In this document: piece after piece, positions 38,245 to 52,047 of the stretch
Layout of the letters: the number at the start of each line of letters is the position of its first letter
How positions within the stretch are numbered: the stretch's first letter is position 1
From: Somniosus microcephalus
Lineage: Eukaryota
Length of the DNA stretch: 64,000 nt
Assembly (NCBI GenBank): GCA_052327205.1
Contig: CM126209.1
Coordinates: forward strand, 250,480,001 to 250,544,000
Reading direction: 5' to 3'
The notes under the pieces: model-generated
What the model saw: the letters and a program-made list of their open reading frames with translations, nothing else
Told to the model about the DNA's origin: nothing
Database searches by the model: none
Made by a program: the position numbers and the translations under genes

Positions 38245-41200
38245 CTATAGTGTACTAATAATGGGGAACTTTAATTATCCTATTATAGACTGGGATAATA
38301 ATAGTGTAAAAGGCAGAGATGGGAAAGAATTTCTGAAGTGTGTTCAGGAGAACTTTGTTGATCAGTATGTTTCCGGCCCAACGAGGAAGGAAGCATTTCT
38401 GGATCTGGTTCTGGGGAATGAGGTGGGTCAAGTGGAAGAAGTGTCAGTAGGGGAACATAGTAGGGGTGCATTTAGGGAACAGTGATCATAGAATCATAAG
38501 TTTAGATTAGCTATGGGAAAGGACAGGGAGCAACCTAGAGTAAAAATACTTAATTGGAGGGAGGCAAAGAATGGATCTGGCCCAGTTAAATTGGAATCAA
38601 AGATTGGCAGGCAAAACTGTAATCAAACAATGGGCTGCCTTTAAAGAGGAGATGGTTCGGGTATAGTCGAGGTACATTCCCACAAGGGGGAAAGGTAGGG
38701 CAACGAATGCCAGAGCTCCCTGGATGACGAAAGCGATAGAGAGTAAGATGAAGCAGAAAAAGAGCGCGTATGTCAGATGTCAGGTTGCGAATACAAATGA
38801 GAATCAGGCTGAATATAGAAAGTTCAGAGGGGAAGTGAAAAAGAAAATAAGAGGGGAAAGGAGAGAGTAGGAGAATAGAGTGACAGCTAACATAAAAGGG
38901 AATTAAAAAGTCTTCTATAGGCATATAAATAATAAATGGATAGTAAGAGGGGCGGGGCCGATTAGCGACTAAAAAGGAGACCTACACATGCATGGTTGAG
39001 GTACTAAATGAGCACTTTGCATCTGTCTTCACCAAGGAAGAAGATGCTGCCAAGGTCGTAGCGAAAGAGAAGGTCGTGAAGATACTGGATGAGATAAAAA
39101 GTCAGGAGGTACTAGAAAGGCTGTCTGAACTTAAAGTTGATAAGTCACCAGGAACGGATGGGATGCATCCTCGGATGCTAAGGGAGGTTAAGGAGGAAAT
39201 CGCAACAGTGCTAGCCATAATCTTCCAATCGTCCAGGGGTGGTGCCAGAGGACTGGAGAATTGCAAATGTTACATTCTTGTTCAATAAAGTCCCACACAG
39301 GAGACTGGTCAAGAAGGTAAGAGCCCATGGAATCCAGGGTGCCTTGGCACATTGGATACAAAACTGGCTTAGTGGCAGAAGGCAGAGGGTGATGGTCGAA
39401 GATTGTTTTTGTGACTGGAAGCCTGTGGCCAGTGGGGTACCACAGGGATCGGTGCTGGGTCCCTTGCTGTTTGTGGTCTACATTAATGACTTGGATATGA
39501 ATGTAAAAGGTATGATCAGTAACTTCGCGGATGATACAAAAATTGGTAGGGTGGTAAATAGCGAGGAGGGTAGCCTCAGTCTGCAGGACGATATAGATGG
39601 GTTGGTCAGATGGGCGGAACAGTGGCAAATGGAATTTAACCCGGAAAAGTGCGAGGTGATGCACTTTGGGGGGTCTAACAAGGCAAGGGAATACACAATG
39701 AATGGTAAGACCCTAGGCAAGACGGAGGGTCAGAGGGATCTGGGTGTGCAAGTACACAGATCCCTGAAGGCGGCGGAACAGGTGGATAAGGTGGTAAAAA
39801 AGGCATATGGGATACTTGCCTTCATTAGCCGAGGCATTGAATATAAGAGCAAGGAGGTTATGATGGAGCTGCATAAAACACTGGTTAGGCCACAGCTGGA
39901 ATACTGTGTGCAGTTCTGGTCGCCACACTACAGGAAGGATGTGATCGCGTTGGAGAGGGTGCAGAGGAGGTTCACCAGGATGTTACCAGGGCTGGAGCGT
40001 TTCAGCTATGAAGAGAGACTGGGCAGATTGGGTTTGTTTTCCTTGGAGCAGAGGAGGCTGAGGGGGGACATGATTGAGGTGTACAAAATTATGAGGGGCA
40101 TAGATAGGATGGATGCTGAGGAGCTTTTTCCCTTAGTAGAGGGGTCAATAACTAGGGGGCATAGATTCAAGGTAAAGGGCGGGAGGTTTAGAGGGGATTT
40201 GAGAAAGAACTTTTTCACCCAGAGGGTGGTTGGAGTCTGGAACTCACTGCCTGAAAGGGTTGTGGAGGCAGGAACCCTCACAACATTTAAGAAGCATTTG
40301 GATGAGCACTTGAAATGCCACAGCATACAAGGCTACAGACCAAATGCTGGAATATGGGATTAGATTAGACAGGGCTTGATGGCCGGCGCGGACACGATGG
40401 GCCGAAGGGCCTCTATCCGTGCTGTATGACTCTATGACTCTAAGAAGGGATGTAAGGATAAACCCAGAAATGACAGGCCAGTCAGTTTAACCTCGGTAAT
40501 GGGGAAGCTTTTAGAAACGATAATCAGGGACAAAATTAACAGTCACTGGGACAAGTGTGGATAAATTAAGGAAAGCCAGCACAGATTTGTTAAAGGCAAA
40601 TCGTGTTTAACCAACTTGATCGAGTTTTTAGATGAGGTAACAGAGAGGGTTGATGAGGGCAATGCAGTTGAGGTACTATACATGGACTTCCAAAAGGCAT
40701 TTGATAAAGTGCCGCATTATAGGCTTGGCAGCAAAGTTGAAGCCCATGGTATAAAAGGGGCAGTGGCAGCATGGGTACAAAATTAGCTAAGTGGCAAGAA
40801 ACAGAGAGTAGCGGTGAACGGTTGTTTTCGGACTGGAGGCAGGTATACAGTGGTGTTCCCTAGGGGTTGGTACTTGGACCACTGCTTTTCTTGATATATA
40901 TTAATGACTAGGACTTGGGAGCACAGGGCACCATTCCAAAATTTGCAGATGACACAAAACTTGGAGGTATAGTGAACAGTGAGGAGGATTGTGATAGACT
41001 TCAAGAAGACATAGATAGGCTGGTGAAATGGGCGGACATGTGGCAGATGAAATTTAACACAAAAGTGCGAAGTGATACATTTTGGTAGGAAGAATGAGGA
41101 GAGGCAATATAAACTAAAGGGAACAATACTAGAGGGGGTGCATGAACAAAGAGACCTTCGGGTATATGTGCACAAATCATTGAAGGTGGCTGGGCAGGTT

Positions 41201-41860
41201 GAGAAAGCAGTTAAAAAAGCACACAGGATACTGGGCTTCATAAATAAAGGCATAGAGTACAAAAGCAAGGAAGTTATGATGAACTTTTATAAAACACTGG
41301 TATGGCCCCATCTGGAGTATTGTGTCCAATTCTAGGCACCGCACTTTAGGAAGGCTGTGAACGTCTCAGAGAGGATGCAGAAAAGATTTACGAGAATGAT
41401 TCCAGTGATGAGAGATTTCAGTTACGTGGATAGGCTAGAGAAGCTGGGGTTGTTCTCCTCAGAACAGAAAAGGTTGAAAGAAGATTGAGGTGTTCCAAAT
41501 CATGAGGGTCTAGCCAGAGTAGATAGAGAGAAAGTGTTCCCATTGGTAGAAAGGTCGAGAACCAGAGGACACAGATTTAAGGTGATTGGCAGAAGAACCA
41601 AAGGCAACATGAGGAAAAACTTTTCTACGCAGCGAGTGGTTAGGATCTGGAATGCACTGCCTGAAAGGGTGGTGGAGGCAGACTCAATTGTAGCTTTCAA
41701 AAGGAATTGGATAAGTACCTGAAGGAAAGAAATTTGCAGGGCTACGGGGAAAGGGCTGGGGTGTGGGACTAGCTGAAGTGCTCTTGCAGAGAGCCGGCAC
41801 AGGCTTGAGAGGCCGAATGGCCTCCTTCTGTGCAGTAACATTCTATGATGCTATGATCAT
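38245..41860 (+). mobile_element. Older CR1 LINE (38245-39284 plus 40442-41860) interrupted by a younger CR1
   Basis: Degenerate APE/RT peptides; WRIANVT.LF continues as K.GC.DKP.N.RPVSLTS after 40441. Confidence 0.85.
39285..40441 (+). mobile_element. Young 5'-truncated CR1 with an uninterrupted RT C-terminal ORF and (ATGACTCT)n tail
   Basis: Open frame to 40363 with [27 protein letters not shown] and WNSLP. Confidence 0.92.
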
Positions 41861-42349
41861 GATCACCCCACCAGCTCTTTTCACCCCTTTTATCAATCTC
41901 CCCCTCCAGATCACGTTCATCCCCCAGCTACCTCCATCCCTCCTCCCGTCATCACTTAAATGACTGCTGGGCACCGATCCCACTGATCCCCGGCGGCATC
42001 CTCCTGCCACCCGAACTCTCCTTCCTGCCCGCCGGCCAGGCAGTGATTCCTTCCGCGATCAGGTGGGATTTAGGACCGGGATCTGGAAATGAGGCACGGT
42101 ATTTATAATCTCTCTGGTGCCTCACCATGGCGAAGCGTGTTGCTCGCCCTGGCCCCTCGCATGGAACGATCTGGTCCCCGCGATAAACTCGGAGCCTATA
42201 TTTCAATGCCTTTATTAGTCGTGCATCCTTAAAACAAAAGCAAATTTGTTTACCTGTTGATAACACTTGGGGCAAGCCAGTGGCATCTGTAAGGATCAAT
42301 TTAATAATAGCAGCAGTTCAAGGAAAAAGCCCACCACCACCTTCTCAGA

Positions 42350-44645
42350 AAATAAAGCAGTCCATGCCCGCATGCAACAAGACCTGGACAGCGTTCAGAC
42401 TTGGGCTGATAAGTGGCAGGTGACATTCGCGTCACAGAAGTGCCAGGCAATGACTATCTCCAACAAGCGAGAGTCTAACCACCGCCCCTTGACATTCAAT
42501 GACATTACCATCGCCGAATCCCCCACCATCAACATCCTGGGGGGTCACCATTGACAAGAAACTTAACTGGACTAGCCACATAAATACTGTGGCAAAAAGA
42601 GCATGTAGGGTTCTCAAAATTCCCACACTCCCCAAAAGTTATGGATAAAGGGACCCTATGGACAAGTTATTAAAAAGGGTACCCAAAATGGCTTCTGAAA
42701 CTTCGTGACCAAGGCTTGCAGGATTTTAAAAGCAAGGCCCTGCAAGAAAGGCAGGCCCATTTCAAATCCTGAAATGAAACCTAACTCGCATGGGTCTGTG
42801 AAAGACTTTGTCATTTTCTAAAGCCAGACAGCTAGGTAAACACAGAATATGCATTCTTCACCTTGGAACAGATCAAGTCAGGATGGACCTAATCTTGAGG
42901 CCATTAACTTTTTGCATAATAATCGGTAACAGCTCACAGGTAGCTACCAAGCCAGGAAAAGATGATTAAATTTCATAAATAACAAACAGCCAGGATATCG
43001 AAGCCATTAAACAAGGAGACAACCATCCCAAAGTCGTTAAAGTGAATGACGGTAATCATTTTAGATGAGCCCGCCAAAATCAAACAAAGAACTGACCTGA
43101 TTTAGCGCGCACATAAGGGGTTAAGAACCGGGTATAATTGTAGGCCCACCGGTAGCCAAGCTCTCTTGCTTCTCTGGCCTCTTGCTCTTGCCTCTCCCGA
43201 CATTGAGGATGCCCATTACAACACCGGGGGCCAAACGCAGGAGGAGAACGGTACCCGATTCGAACAAGCACAAGACACACGGGGCCACCAGCAAACAGAC
43301 GAGATGAGACGAGACGAACGGTAAAACCGATAGGCAGAGAAGGGCAGCGAAAAAGAAGCATTGGGGACGAGCGGGCATACACCCCGGCCTAGTTATAAGC
43401 TGGCGTTTGAAGCATGGGTAGAAAAATCAGAATGACAATATAAACCGCCAACCGAACCCCAACCGCAACAAAACCGTCGGCGACCAGACCACCACCAGAA
43501 GAACAACCATTCCTGCAAGGTGAAGTACCTAACAAAAGACTTTACTCTAACGAAGGAAAAGGAGGGTACTTTGCACAGACAACTCCATCGCCGCGCTCTG
43601 TGACCACGTGACGACAGCAGGCCCCAAGGACAACAAGAGCAAACCAAAAAACCACAATCGGCTTAATCGACAGGTTTCGAACCGTAAAAGAAACCCCATT
43701 GGTGAGCATGAATTCCTGGCCCCTCGTAGCTTAATCTAGTTAGGTATTGGGGGTGGGATAAGGATAAGGGGATTTTAATGTGTTTGTTCCCTCGATGTGC
43801 CGTGTGTTCCCCATCCCCAAATAAGTGTAATTTTATATGCCTGTAATTATTCCAGTAATTCTCAGTATTGTGTTTTATTGTGCCTTTTAATTAAAAATTG
43901 CGGTTTCCTTGCACCAAACCAGTTGTCTACTCTACTTTCTGTATCGCTGCCTGTACCTGAGTCCGGTGTCTAGAACCCAGGGGTGTGGGAGCGATTCGAA
44001 CTGTTCAGAGACAGTCAGGGGCAGAGCTGACTGGGCACATGCCACCCCCTACAAGCAGGTCAGAGGCTAGGTATTCTGCGGTAAGTGTTTCACCTCCTGA
44101 TCCCCAAAGCCTTTCCACCATCTACAAGGCACAAGTAAGGAGTGTGATGGAATACTCTCCACTTGCCTGGATGAGTGCAGCTCCAACAACACTCAAGAAG
44201 CTCGACACCATCCAGGACAAAGCAGCCCGCTTGATTGGCACCCCCTCTACCACCTTAAACATTCACTCCCTCCACCACCGGCGTACCATGGTTGCAGTGT
44301 GTACCATCTACAAGATGCACTGCAGCAACTCGCCAAGGCTTCTTGGGCAGCACCTCCCAAACCCGCAACCTCTTCCACCTAGAAGGACAAGGGCAGCAGG
44401 CGCATGGGAACACCACCACCTCCAAGTTCCCCTTCAAGTCACACACCATCCTGACTTGAAAATATATCACCGTTCCTTCATCGTCGCTGGGTCAAAACCC
44501 TGGAACTCCCTCCCTAACAGCACTGTGGGAGTACCTTCACCACACGGACTACAGCAGTTCAAGAAGGCAGCTCACCACCACCTTTTCAAGGGCAATTAGG
44601 GATGGGCAATAAATGCTGGCCTTGCCAGCGATGCCCACATCCCAT
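42350..44645 (+). mobile_element. Non-LTR retrotransposon 3' portion (CR1/Jockey group, distinct family) split by a long solo LTR
   Basis: QQDLD..WADKWQVTF..HINTVAKRA / GQRLGILR..VRSVMEYSPLAW..LDTIQDKAARLI..WNSLP. Confidence 0.8.
42604..44053 (+). mobile_element. Long (1450-bp) solo LTR, copy 1
   Basis: TGTAGGG...CCCTACA termini, perfect 4-bp TSD AGCA, TATA-like at 43393, ATTAAA at 43890. Homologous to 60680-62179. Confidence 0.88.
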
Positions 44646-44709
44646 AAAAACAAATTTAACAAAAAAGTATGGATGGCCAAAAACAGCTTTGCCATAGTTG
44701 CCCACATCT

Positions 44710-45155
44710 TACATAGCACAGAAAGAGGCCATTCAGCCCAACAGGTCCATGTTAGTGTTTATGCTCCACACGAGCCTCCTCCCACCCTTCTTCATCTAAC
44801 CCCATCAAGATATCCCTCTATACCTTTCTTGCCCATGTACCTAGCTTCCCCTTAAAGTCATCTATGCTATTCACCTCAACTACTCCATGTGGTAGCGAGT
44901 TCCACATTCTAACCACTCTCTGGGTAAAGAGGTTTTTCCTGAATTCCCTATTATTAGTGACTATCTTATATTTATGGCCTCTAGTTCTGGTCTCTCTTGC
45001 AAGTCGAAACATCATCTCTACGTCTACCCTATCAAACCATTTCATAAGTTTAAAGACCTCTATTAGGTCACCCCTCAGTCTTCTCTGTTTGAGAGTAAAG
45101 TTCTCCAGTCTGTTCAATCTTTCCTGATAGGTATAACCTCTCAATTCTGGAACAA
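44710..45155 (-). mobile_element. CR1 3' fragment
   Basis: RRLRGDLIEVFK..TQRVVRMWNSLP. Confidence 0.85.
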
Positions 45156-45227
45156 GTTACAAAAAACTGCTTTGGTAGCCCAGAGATGCGAGCTTCGATG
45201 TAAGGGGGTTCAATTATCTTTACTCCC

Positions 45228-45940
45228 TTAGTTCAGAAGGTTGTGGGTTCAAGTCCCACTCCAGGGACTTGAGCACATAAGTCTAGGCTGACACTCCAGT
45301 GCAGTGCTGAGGGAGTGCTGCACTGTCGGAGGTGCCGTCTTTCGGATGAGACGTTAATCTGAGACCCCGTCTGCTCTCTCAGGTGGACGTAAAAGATCCC
45401 ATGGCACTATTTCAAAGGGGAGTTATCCCCGGTGTCCTGGCCAATATTTATCCCTGAATCAACATAACAAAAACAGATTTTCTGGTCATTATCACATTGC
45501 TGTTTAAGGGAACTTGCTGTGTGCAACTTGGCTGCCACGTTTCCCACATTAAAACAGTGAATCCACTTCAAAAGTACAGGAAACTCTTTTTTATCCGGCA
45601 CCGACGGGACCGGCGTGGTGCCGGTTTATCAAAAAGTCCGGATTACAGAGGGGTATAGTAAAAGGTACGAGAGACCGGTGCCTAGCAACAGTTCCAGGCG
45701 TCCCTGTTGCTTAGCAAAAGGTGCAGGAACCCCGGTTACACAGCCACAGATCCAGGAACAGCCACTAATATGAAGTAAAACTTACCTGAACCTATTACTG
45801 AATTATGCCGGTTAACAGAGATTTCCGGTTATTTAGGTGCCGGTAAATCGAGAGTTTACTGTATTTCATTGGCTGTAAAGCACTTTGAGACATCCGGTGT
45901 TCATGATAGGTGCTGTATAAATGCAAGTCTTTCTTTCTTT
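45228..45940 (+). mobile_element. Deu-domain SINE with a MITE in its tail
   Basis: GGTTCAAGTCC box, Deu core GCCGTCTTTCGGATGAGACGTTAA..AAAGATCCCATGGCACT..GGTGTCCTGGCCAA. Confidence 0.85.
45577..45861. mobile_element. Tc1/mariner-pogo MITE, 285 bp
   Basis: TIRs CAGGAAACTCT..TATCCGGCACC / GGTGCCGGTAAATCGAGAGTTTACTG with TA TSD, splitting the SINE at AAAGTA/TTTCATTGG. Confidence 0.88.
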
Positions 45941-46354
45941 AGTTGGTGTACACACTCAACACTTTCTGTTTTTATTGCAGACGTCCAGTATTTGTGTTTC
46001 TTTTGATCCTGAACAGATTAAATTTATCAAGGCCTTAGCACAGCAGCCGCACTGTGTCGTGTGCATAGAATATTATTGGACAGCTTTCCTGCTTGTCAGT
46101 GGCTTGGCTCCGTTTATTACATCAGTGATAAGTTAATGAAGCTGGTACCAAACCATTACTGTTGAACAGTATTGTCATGTGAGTAGCCAGAGGATATAAT
46201 CAGGAATGCTTTCCATGATCATTTAGTGAGGAAGTTAGCTTGGAAAATGTTCAATCCTCTGGAAGGATTTTTATGATAGGATTTACACAACAGGAGACGG
46301 GTGATTATTTTAAATGGAAAAAACCTAATTGAAGGGCCAAGGTCTATATTAATT

Positions 46355-47117
46355 GGGCCAGAAATTCAGGTCCCCACGGGTGAGTACACACTGTGTACTC
46401 ACGCGTAGGGCCAACGAATATGCCGGTTTTGTGCATGCACTGTGCATGCGCTGGAAACCGGAACTTCCGTTCCCTTAAAGGAAGGGATTCACAGGTCAAA
46501 CGCGTGCGCCGGAAAGTCAGCGTGTACGCCTGGAACTTCCGATTTTTTTTACAGGTTTCTCCGTGCAGGTAAGTCCCTAGCAGCTGCGTATGAAAAAAGC
46601 AGGCGCAAGGCCTGCTTTTAACAAGGTAAGAGGTTAATTTAGTAAAATTAAAACATTTTTTCCACAGGTTTATCATTTTAAAATACTTTAAAGAAACGTA
46701 AGTTTATTTTTAGCCCTGGTAAAAACTTGAATTAATTTTTTCAAAAATTTTAATTTTTGTTTAAAATAGTTAATTTATGTAATTTATAGTTATTTTAAAA
46801 GTGTGATTTAAAAAAAAAATATTTGAAGTTTTACTTAGGTTTGTGGGCCGATCTCTATGCATAGATTTGACAGGTCTTCCTGTCAAATCTATGAATGGAG
46901 ATTCCCTGCTCCGATTGGCTCCCCATGGCCCATGTGATCCCAGGGGATGCTGCAAACTAACTGTGCCCCTGAGATACGCAAGCACTGCGCACTGGGAGCT
47001 GGAGGAAGCCCAGGATCGGAATACCATGCGGGCCCACAGCACAACAGCAGGCACGCTATGTAAGTGCAGGTCGGAGGCTTGCATCCGCGGGAAGCCTCCG
47101 ACCCGAATTTCTGGCCC
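46355..47117. mobile_element. Harbinger-type MITE
   Basis: TIRs GGGCCAGAAATTC / GAATTTCTGGCCC with perfect 3-bp TSD ATT. Confidence 0.88.
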
Positions 47118-47210
47118 ATTGTAGAATGTCATCAAGACTGGAAAGAAAAGGAGAGAAGGTTTCTGCAAGAAAAATAAAATTAAACTGACGAGAAAACTTG
47201 CATATATTTT

Positions 47211-47417
47211 GGCCTAGAAATTCAGGATCGCCCATTTTTGGGCAGTGGTACATACACTGCGCCCAAATGGTGAGGACCATGCCATGTTGTTTACCCAATA
47301 TAATGGTGCTGTGCTTCTGGTTGGAAGAGTGCGTGTGCTTCCTGCCCACCATTTTGGGGACTTAGGAGGCCATGTATCCCCTGTAAAACGGGCGCTACAC
47401 AGTCCAATTTCTGGACC
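47211..47417. mobile_element. Short degenerate Harbinger-type MITE
   Basis: GGCCTAGAAATTCAGG ... CCAATTTCTGGACC; TSD not evident. Confidence 0.55.
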
Positions 47418-48929
47418 TACGTGCCTTTTCATCTTTAAACATTTCAGGGCACTCCACAAAATTAAATATTTCTGGAGTGCGGCGATTGTTAGGGAGGTAA
47501 CAGTGACAGCCACTTCATATGGCCCGTGACACCCATCAAACAGCAAGAGCAATCTTCAGTTCACTGGACTGATGTTGGTAGAGGGAGGAACATTGTCCTG
47601 CTCTTCCTTCAAATAGCATCATGGGACCTTTCACATCCATCCGAAACGGGCAGTTTTTAACATCACATCCAAAGCACAGCACTACCGACAATGGAGCACC
47701 CCTTCAGTACTGTACTCGAGTATCAAAGCTTGGTATGGGGCTCAAACTTTCTGACCGCGAGGTGAAAATGCGATGAACTAGCTCCAATTAGTTCATTCTA
47801 ACTGGTATTCCTCATGTTGCCCATATTTAAAATAAATATTAATTCCCCATTCCTCATTTTAATTTCTATATAAACACATATCTAACTATTCTTCAACAGA
47901 CCCTGTTCAATCTATGGTATTATAGATTCATCCTTTAGGTTTCCTGAGAAAGTTCTGCATAAATATTCCCACATCGCCAAAGGTAATTGGTCAAAATATT
48001 TATCTAGCCTCATGCCCAGTCTCCCTGCCTCAGTTCCAGCAGTATAGGAACCATCTGTATTGAATGATCTCGGTCTAATCATTTCTAGTCTCACTTGAGG
48101 TTTATTATTAAAACCAATACCCTTGTGTTCTGTATCTTCCTATGATTCTATGATTCTAGTTTGGAACTTCTCCTCAAGCAGATGCTTGTAATAGGGACAT
48201 CCAAAATGTGCATCAGTGTTTGCCCAAATTTTGGTAATTTATGTTATCCAATCCAATCGAGCAGGTGCGAGGGGCCGAATGGCCTACTCCTGCTCCTATC
48301 TTCTATGAAATCAGCTTGGCGTATGTGTTGGGCGAGTTAGGCAAATAAGAACCATCTAAGTGTTGTAATGTTTAGGCCCTTTTTCCATAAATGGGATGTT
48401 TTGTACATCTTCATTGCTTTTCTACAGCTCCTCCACTGACTTTACCTTGTGTTGGCTTAAGTTGTATCTTTCCATTTGGAAAAATCTAGGGTCTCTAAGG
48501 TGAACTCTGCGGACACAACTTCACTAATTGTTGATTGACCGGCACTGCGAAAGCAGAGCAGTAAATTGGGTTTCCAATCCTCCAGGGTTGTCCTGGAGTC
48601 CCCAGGGATTAATCTGTAATCTCCTGGACGTTGCTGCACACAACCTGGGAGAGAACTCATGGACTCCTTACAATAATTAATGTGATTCTTTCACTTTCTT
48701 TGAACACTTTTGTACAACAATTATGACAATATTGCCGGTGGGGAAAAAAGGTTGTTTGACTGACTCGCGAGGATCATCCAATCGGGTACCAAAGAGACTG
48801 TTCGCTTTCCAGTTGTCTGGGAAGGTGGATCTCCAGGAGGATGAAGGTGTCAGGCGAACAATGGTGGGATTGTGTTGGGGGGCGGGGGGTGGACAAAAGG
48901 TGTGGTTGGTGTCCCCAAGGATTGGAAGG

Positions 48930-51212
48930 TAGCAAACATAATCCTGCTATTTAAGATAGGAGGAAGAGAAAAAAATGGGCAAGTATAGGCCAGGTAGCCT
49001 GACATCAGTAGTAGGCAAAATGCTAGAATCTATTATTAGGGACGTGGTAACAGGGCACTTAGAAAATTGTAATATGATTCGGCAGAGTCAACAGGGTTTT
49101 AGGAAAGGGAAATCAGGTTTGACAAATCTCTTAAGAGTTTTTTGAAGATGCAACTAGCAGGATGGATAAGGGGGAATCAGTTGATGTAGTGTATTTGGAT
49201 TTCCAAAAAGCATTCGATAAGGTGCCACATGAGAGGTTATTACACAAAATTAGGACCCATGGGGCAGGATTTGCATTCAGGAGTCGGGTTGGAGGCGGGA
49301 CTACAACTTTCGGGGTTGTAGTCCCGCCTCCATCGAGATGCGGCCAATCCATATGATTTTAGCTTGATTGACCTTGTTGAGCCCGGCGGGCTCAGCAGGC
49401 CAATTAAGGGCCACCCGGCAACAGGTGACATCACAGACTGAAATTTCATCTGTCAAGAGGTTTTGACAGATGAAATATCAACGTTTCACAGCTGTTTGAA
49501 GCTGCCAAACACTGCCAGTCTTACTTCTAACCTGAGTCCTTCTCCACAGACTCAGTTAGAAATCTCTCCTGCACAGAAAGATGACGGCTGTCACTTTTGA
49601 CAGTTCGCAGCCATTCTGCTTTCTTTGCCGGTGAGATGAGGGACTCCCGAGACCTAAAGGAAGGAAGGCTGAAAAGGTAAGAAAAGGTAATTTAAACTTC
49701 TTTAATCACTTTACACACACCAAACACACTTACCTTTGCACTCATGCACATATCACTCACCTGAACACCGGCATCTCGACCCCTCCAAGTCCTTCAACCC
49801 GACGGCCCGCCTCCTCTAACTTGGCGTGGTGTGGAGCCGTCGGGAATCCCACACTTCAACCTTAAAAATAGGGATTAGGCTAAAAACTGCCTGTTAACTA
49901 CCTGTTAACAGGCAGTTAATTGGCACTAATCCCTTCCCACCACGGGGAGGCGGGTCCCAGTGCGGGGCAGGTATCCACTCCTTTGAAACTGACATGGAGG
50001 CGGGTTTGGGTGTGGGATGGGGTCGGGACCCCTGATTTCGGGATTTTAACCCCCCACACGCCTCCAATCCCGAGTCCACGGCCCAATGAAAGTCCTGCCC
50101 CATATGGTATTGGGGGTAATATATTAGTATGGATTGAGGATTGGTTAATGGACAGAAAACAGAGAGTAGGAATCAACGGGACTTTTTCAGGCTGGCAGGC
50201 TGTAACTAGTGGGGTAGTGCAAGGATCAGTGCTTGGGCCTCAGCTATTTACAATCTATATTAATGACATAGAGGAAGGGACTGAGTGTAATGTAGCCAAG
50301 TTTGCTGATGATACAAAGTTAGGTGGGAACGTAAGCTGTGAGGAGGATGCAAAGAGGCTGCAGAGAGTTATAGACAAGTTGACTGAGTGGGCAAGAACAT
50401 GGCAAATGGAATACAATGTGGGGAAGTGTGAATTATCCACTTTGGTGGGAAAAACAAAAAACAGAATTTTATTTGAACAGTGAGAGACTGGAAAATGTTT
50501 GCACTCAGAGGGACCTGGGTGTCCTTGTACATGAATCATAGAAAGTTAACATGCAGGTACAGCAAGCAATTAGGAAAGCAAATGGTATGTTAGCTTTTGT
50601 TATGAGCGGATTAGAGTATAAGAGTAAAGAAGTCTTACTACAATTATACAGGGCATTGGTGAGGCCACACCTGAAGTACTGTGTACAGTTCTGGTCTCCT
50701 TACCTAAGGAAAGGCATACTTGCCTTAGAGGGAGTGCAGTGAAGGTTCACTAGGTTGGTTCCTGGGAAGAGGGGGTTGCCCTATGAGGAAAAATTGAGTA
50801 GACAAGGCGTATATTCCTTAGAGTTTAGAAGTATGAGAGGTGATCTAATTGAAACTTATAAAATTCTTAAGGGGCTTGACAGGGTTAATGCTAGGAAAAT
50901 GTTTCTCCTGGCTGGGGAATCTAGAACACGGGGTCACAGTCTCAGAATAAGGGGTCGGCCATTTAGGACTGAGACGAGAATATTTTTTCACTCAGAGGGT
51001 TGTGAATCTTTGGAATTCTCCACCTCAGAGGGCTGTGGATGCTCAGTCATTGAGTATATTCAAGACAGAGGTCGATAAATTTTTGGGAACGAAGGGAATT
51101 AAGGGATATGGGGAGAGTGCGGGCAGGTGGAGTTGAGGTAGAAGATCAGCCATGACCAGCAGGCTCGAGGGGCCGAATGGCCGACTCCAGCTCCTATTCC
51201 TTATGTTCTTAT
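48930..51212 (+). mobile_element. CR1 LINE RT/3' fragment interrupted by a Harbinger MITE
   Basis: YLDFQKAFDKVPH..KIRTH / GIGGNIL..FADDTK..3' UTR. Confidence 0.88.
49261..50101. mobile_element. Harbinger-type MITE, ~840 bp
   Basis: TIRs GGGGCAGGATTTGCATT / AATGAAAGTCCTGCCCC; the CR1 frame rejoins across it. TSD ambiguous (CAT/TAT-like). Confidence 0.8.
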
Positions 51213-51451
51213 GAGATCATCTGCTAAAACCTCCAGGAATATATCCGACCAGAGTTAGCAACGCTACCAGTAAACGGAGTGACTGTGGCCATTTTTTTTC
51301 TTTCACACCCCTAATTGGTGCTAGCATTAGTTCAGTTACTGTAGGTACCAGGATGGGCATACCAATGCTTGTGTGCACGGTGGCACCGAGCAGTTTCCCG
51401 TGGTAGGTTGCTGGGCCAGTTCATTTTTTCTGCCATGTTGTAAATCGAGCC

Positions 51452-51453
<2 letters not shown>

Positions 51454-51487
<34 letters not shown>

Positions 51488-51502
51488 TGTGTGTGTGTGT
51501 GT
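51454..51502. repeat. (GT)n microsatellite
   Basis: Read directly. Confidence 0.92.
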
Positions 51503-52047
51503 CTGTATGTGGGGGCGGAGATGGGGGGTGCGCAGGGTGAGTGGGGTTAACAACAATGCCTTTTTGGGGCCCGAGAGAAAAGAGACAAAAAAGGAGCATT
51601 TACTTACCTGACAGGATTTTTATTTTTAAATTAGTTTTATAGGATGTTGGTCTTTGCTGCTGCTCTTCTTTTATAGCAGGTAGGTCACGGAACCCCAATC
51701 TAGTGCTGGAGGGAAGCCAATGCCTTGCGCGACAGCTCTCCGGCTTTCGAGTGCGTGGCACAGCTGGCGACCAGTTACCTGCATTAAAAGACCAATTACC
51801 TGCTCCAACTCCTCAATGATCCTCGGGTGCAAAGACAGTCAAGAACATTGCTGTTTTATGGCCGCGATATTTCAAGAGCTGCTCCGTTGACAGCTTTTGT
51901 CGTAAAACTTAATCAGCATCAGATATTTTTTTTTCTCTATTTTACAAGATAATTAATCACAGGCATGTTCTGCTGCAATTTATGCGGTAAATGTTAGGCT
52001 ACAAGGTAGTGGAGCAAGGGGAACAATGCTGCTTTAAGGGCACTCTC

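Larger units (their letters stand above)
48566..51266. mobile_element. hAT-like MITE containing a nested CR1
   Basis: Termini TTGGGTTTCCAA / TTAGCAACGCTA (TAGGGTTGCCAA-type) and an 8-bp TSD GCAGTAAA/CCAGTAAA. Confidence 0.7.

Noticed and set aside
39239-40363. 374-aa RT ORF as an intact gene
   Set aside because: A chance in-frame fusion of an old CR1 with a 5'-truncated younger CR1; it lacks the endonuclease and the RT N-terminus.
45981-46136. Possible exon after the TTTTATTGCAG acceptor
   Set aside because: No clear donor and no recognisable peptide.
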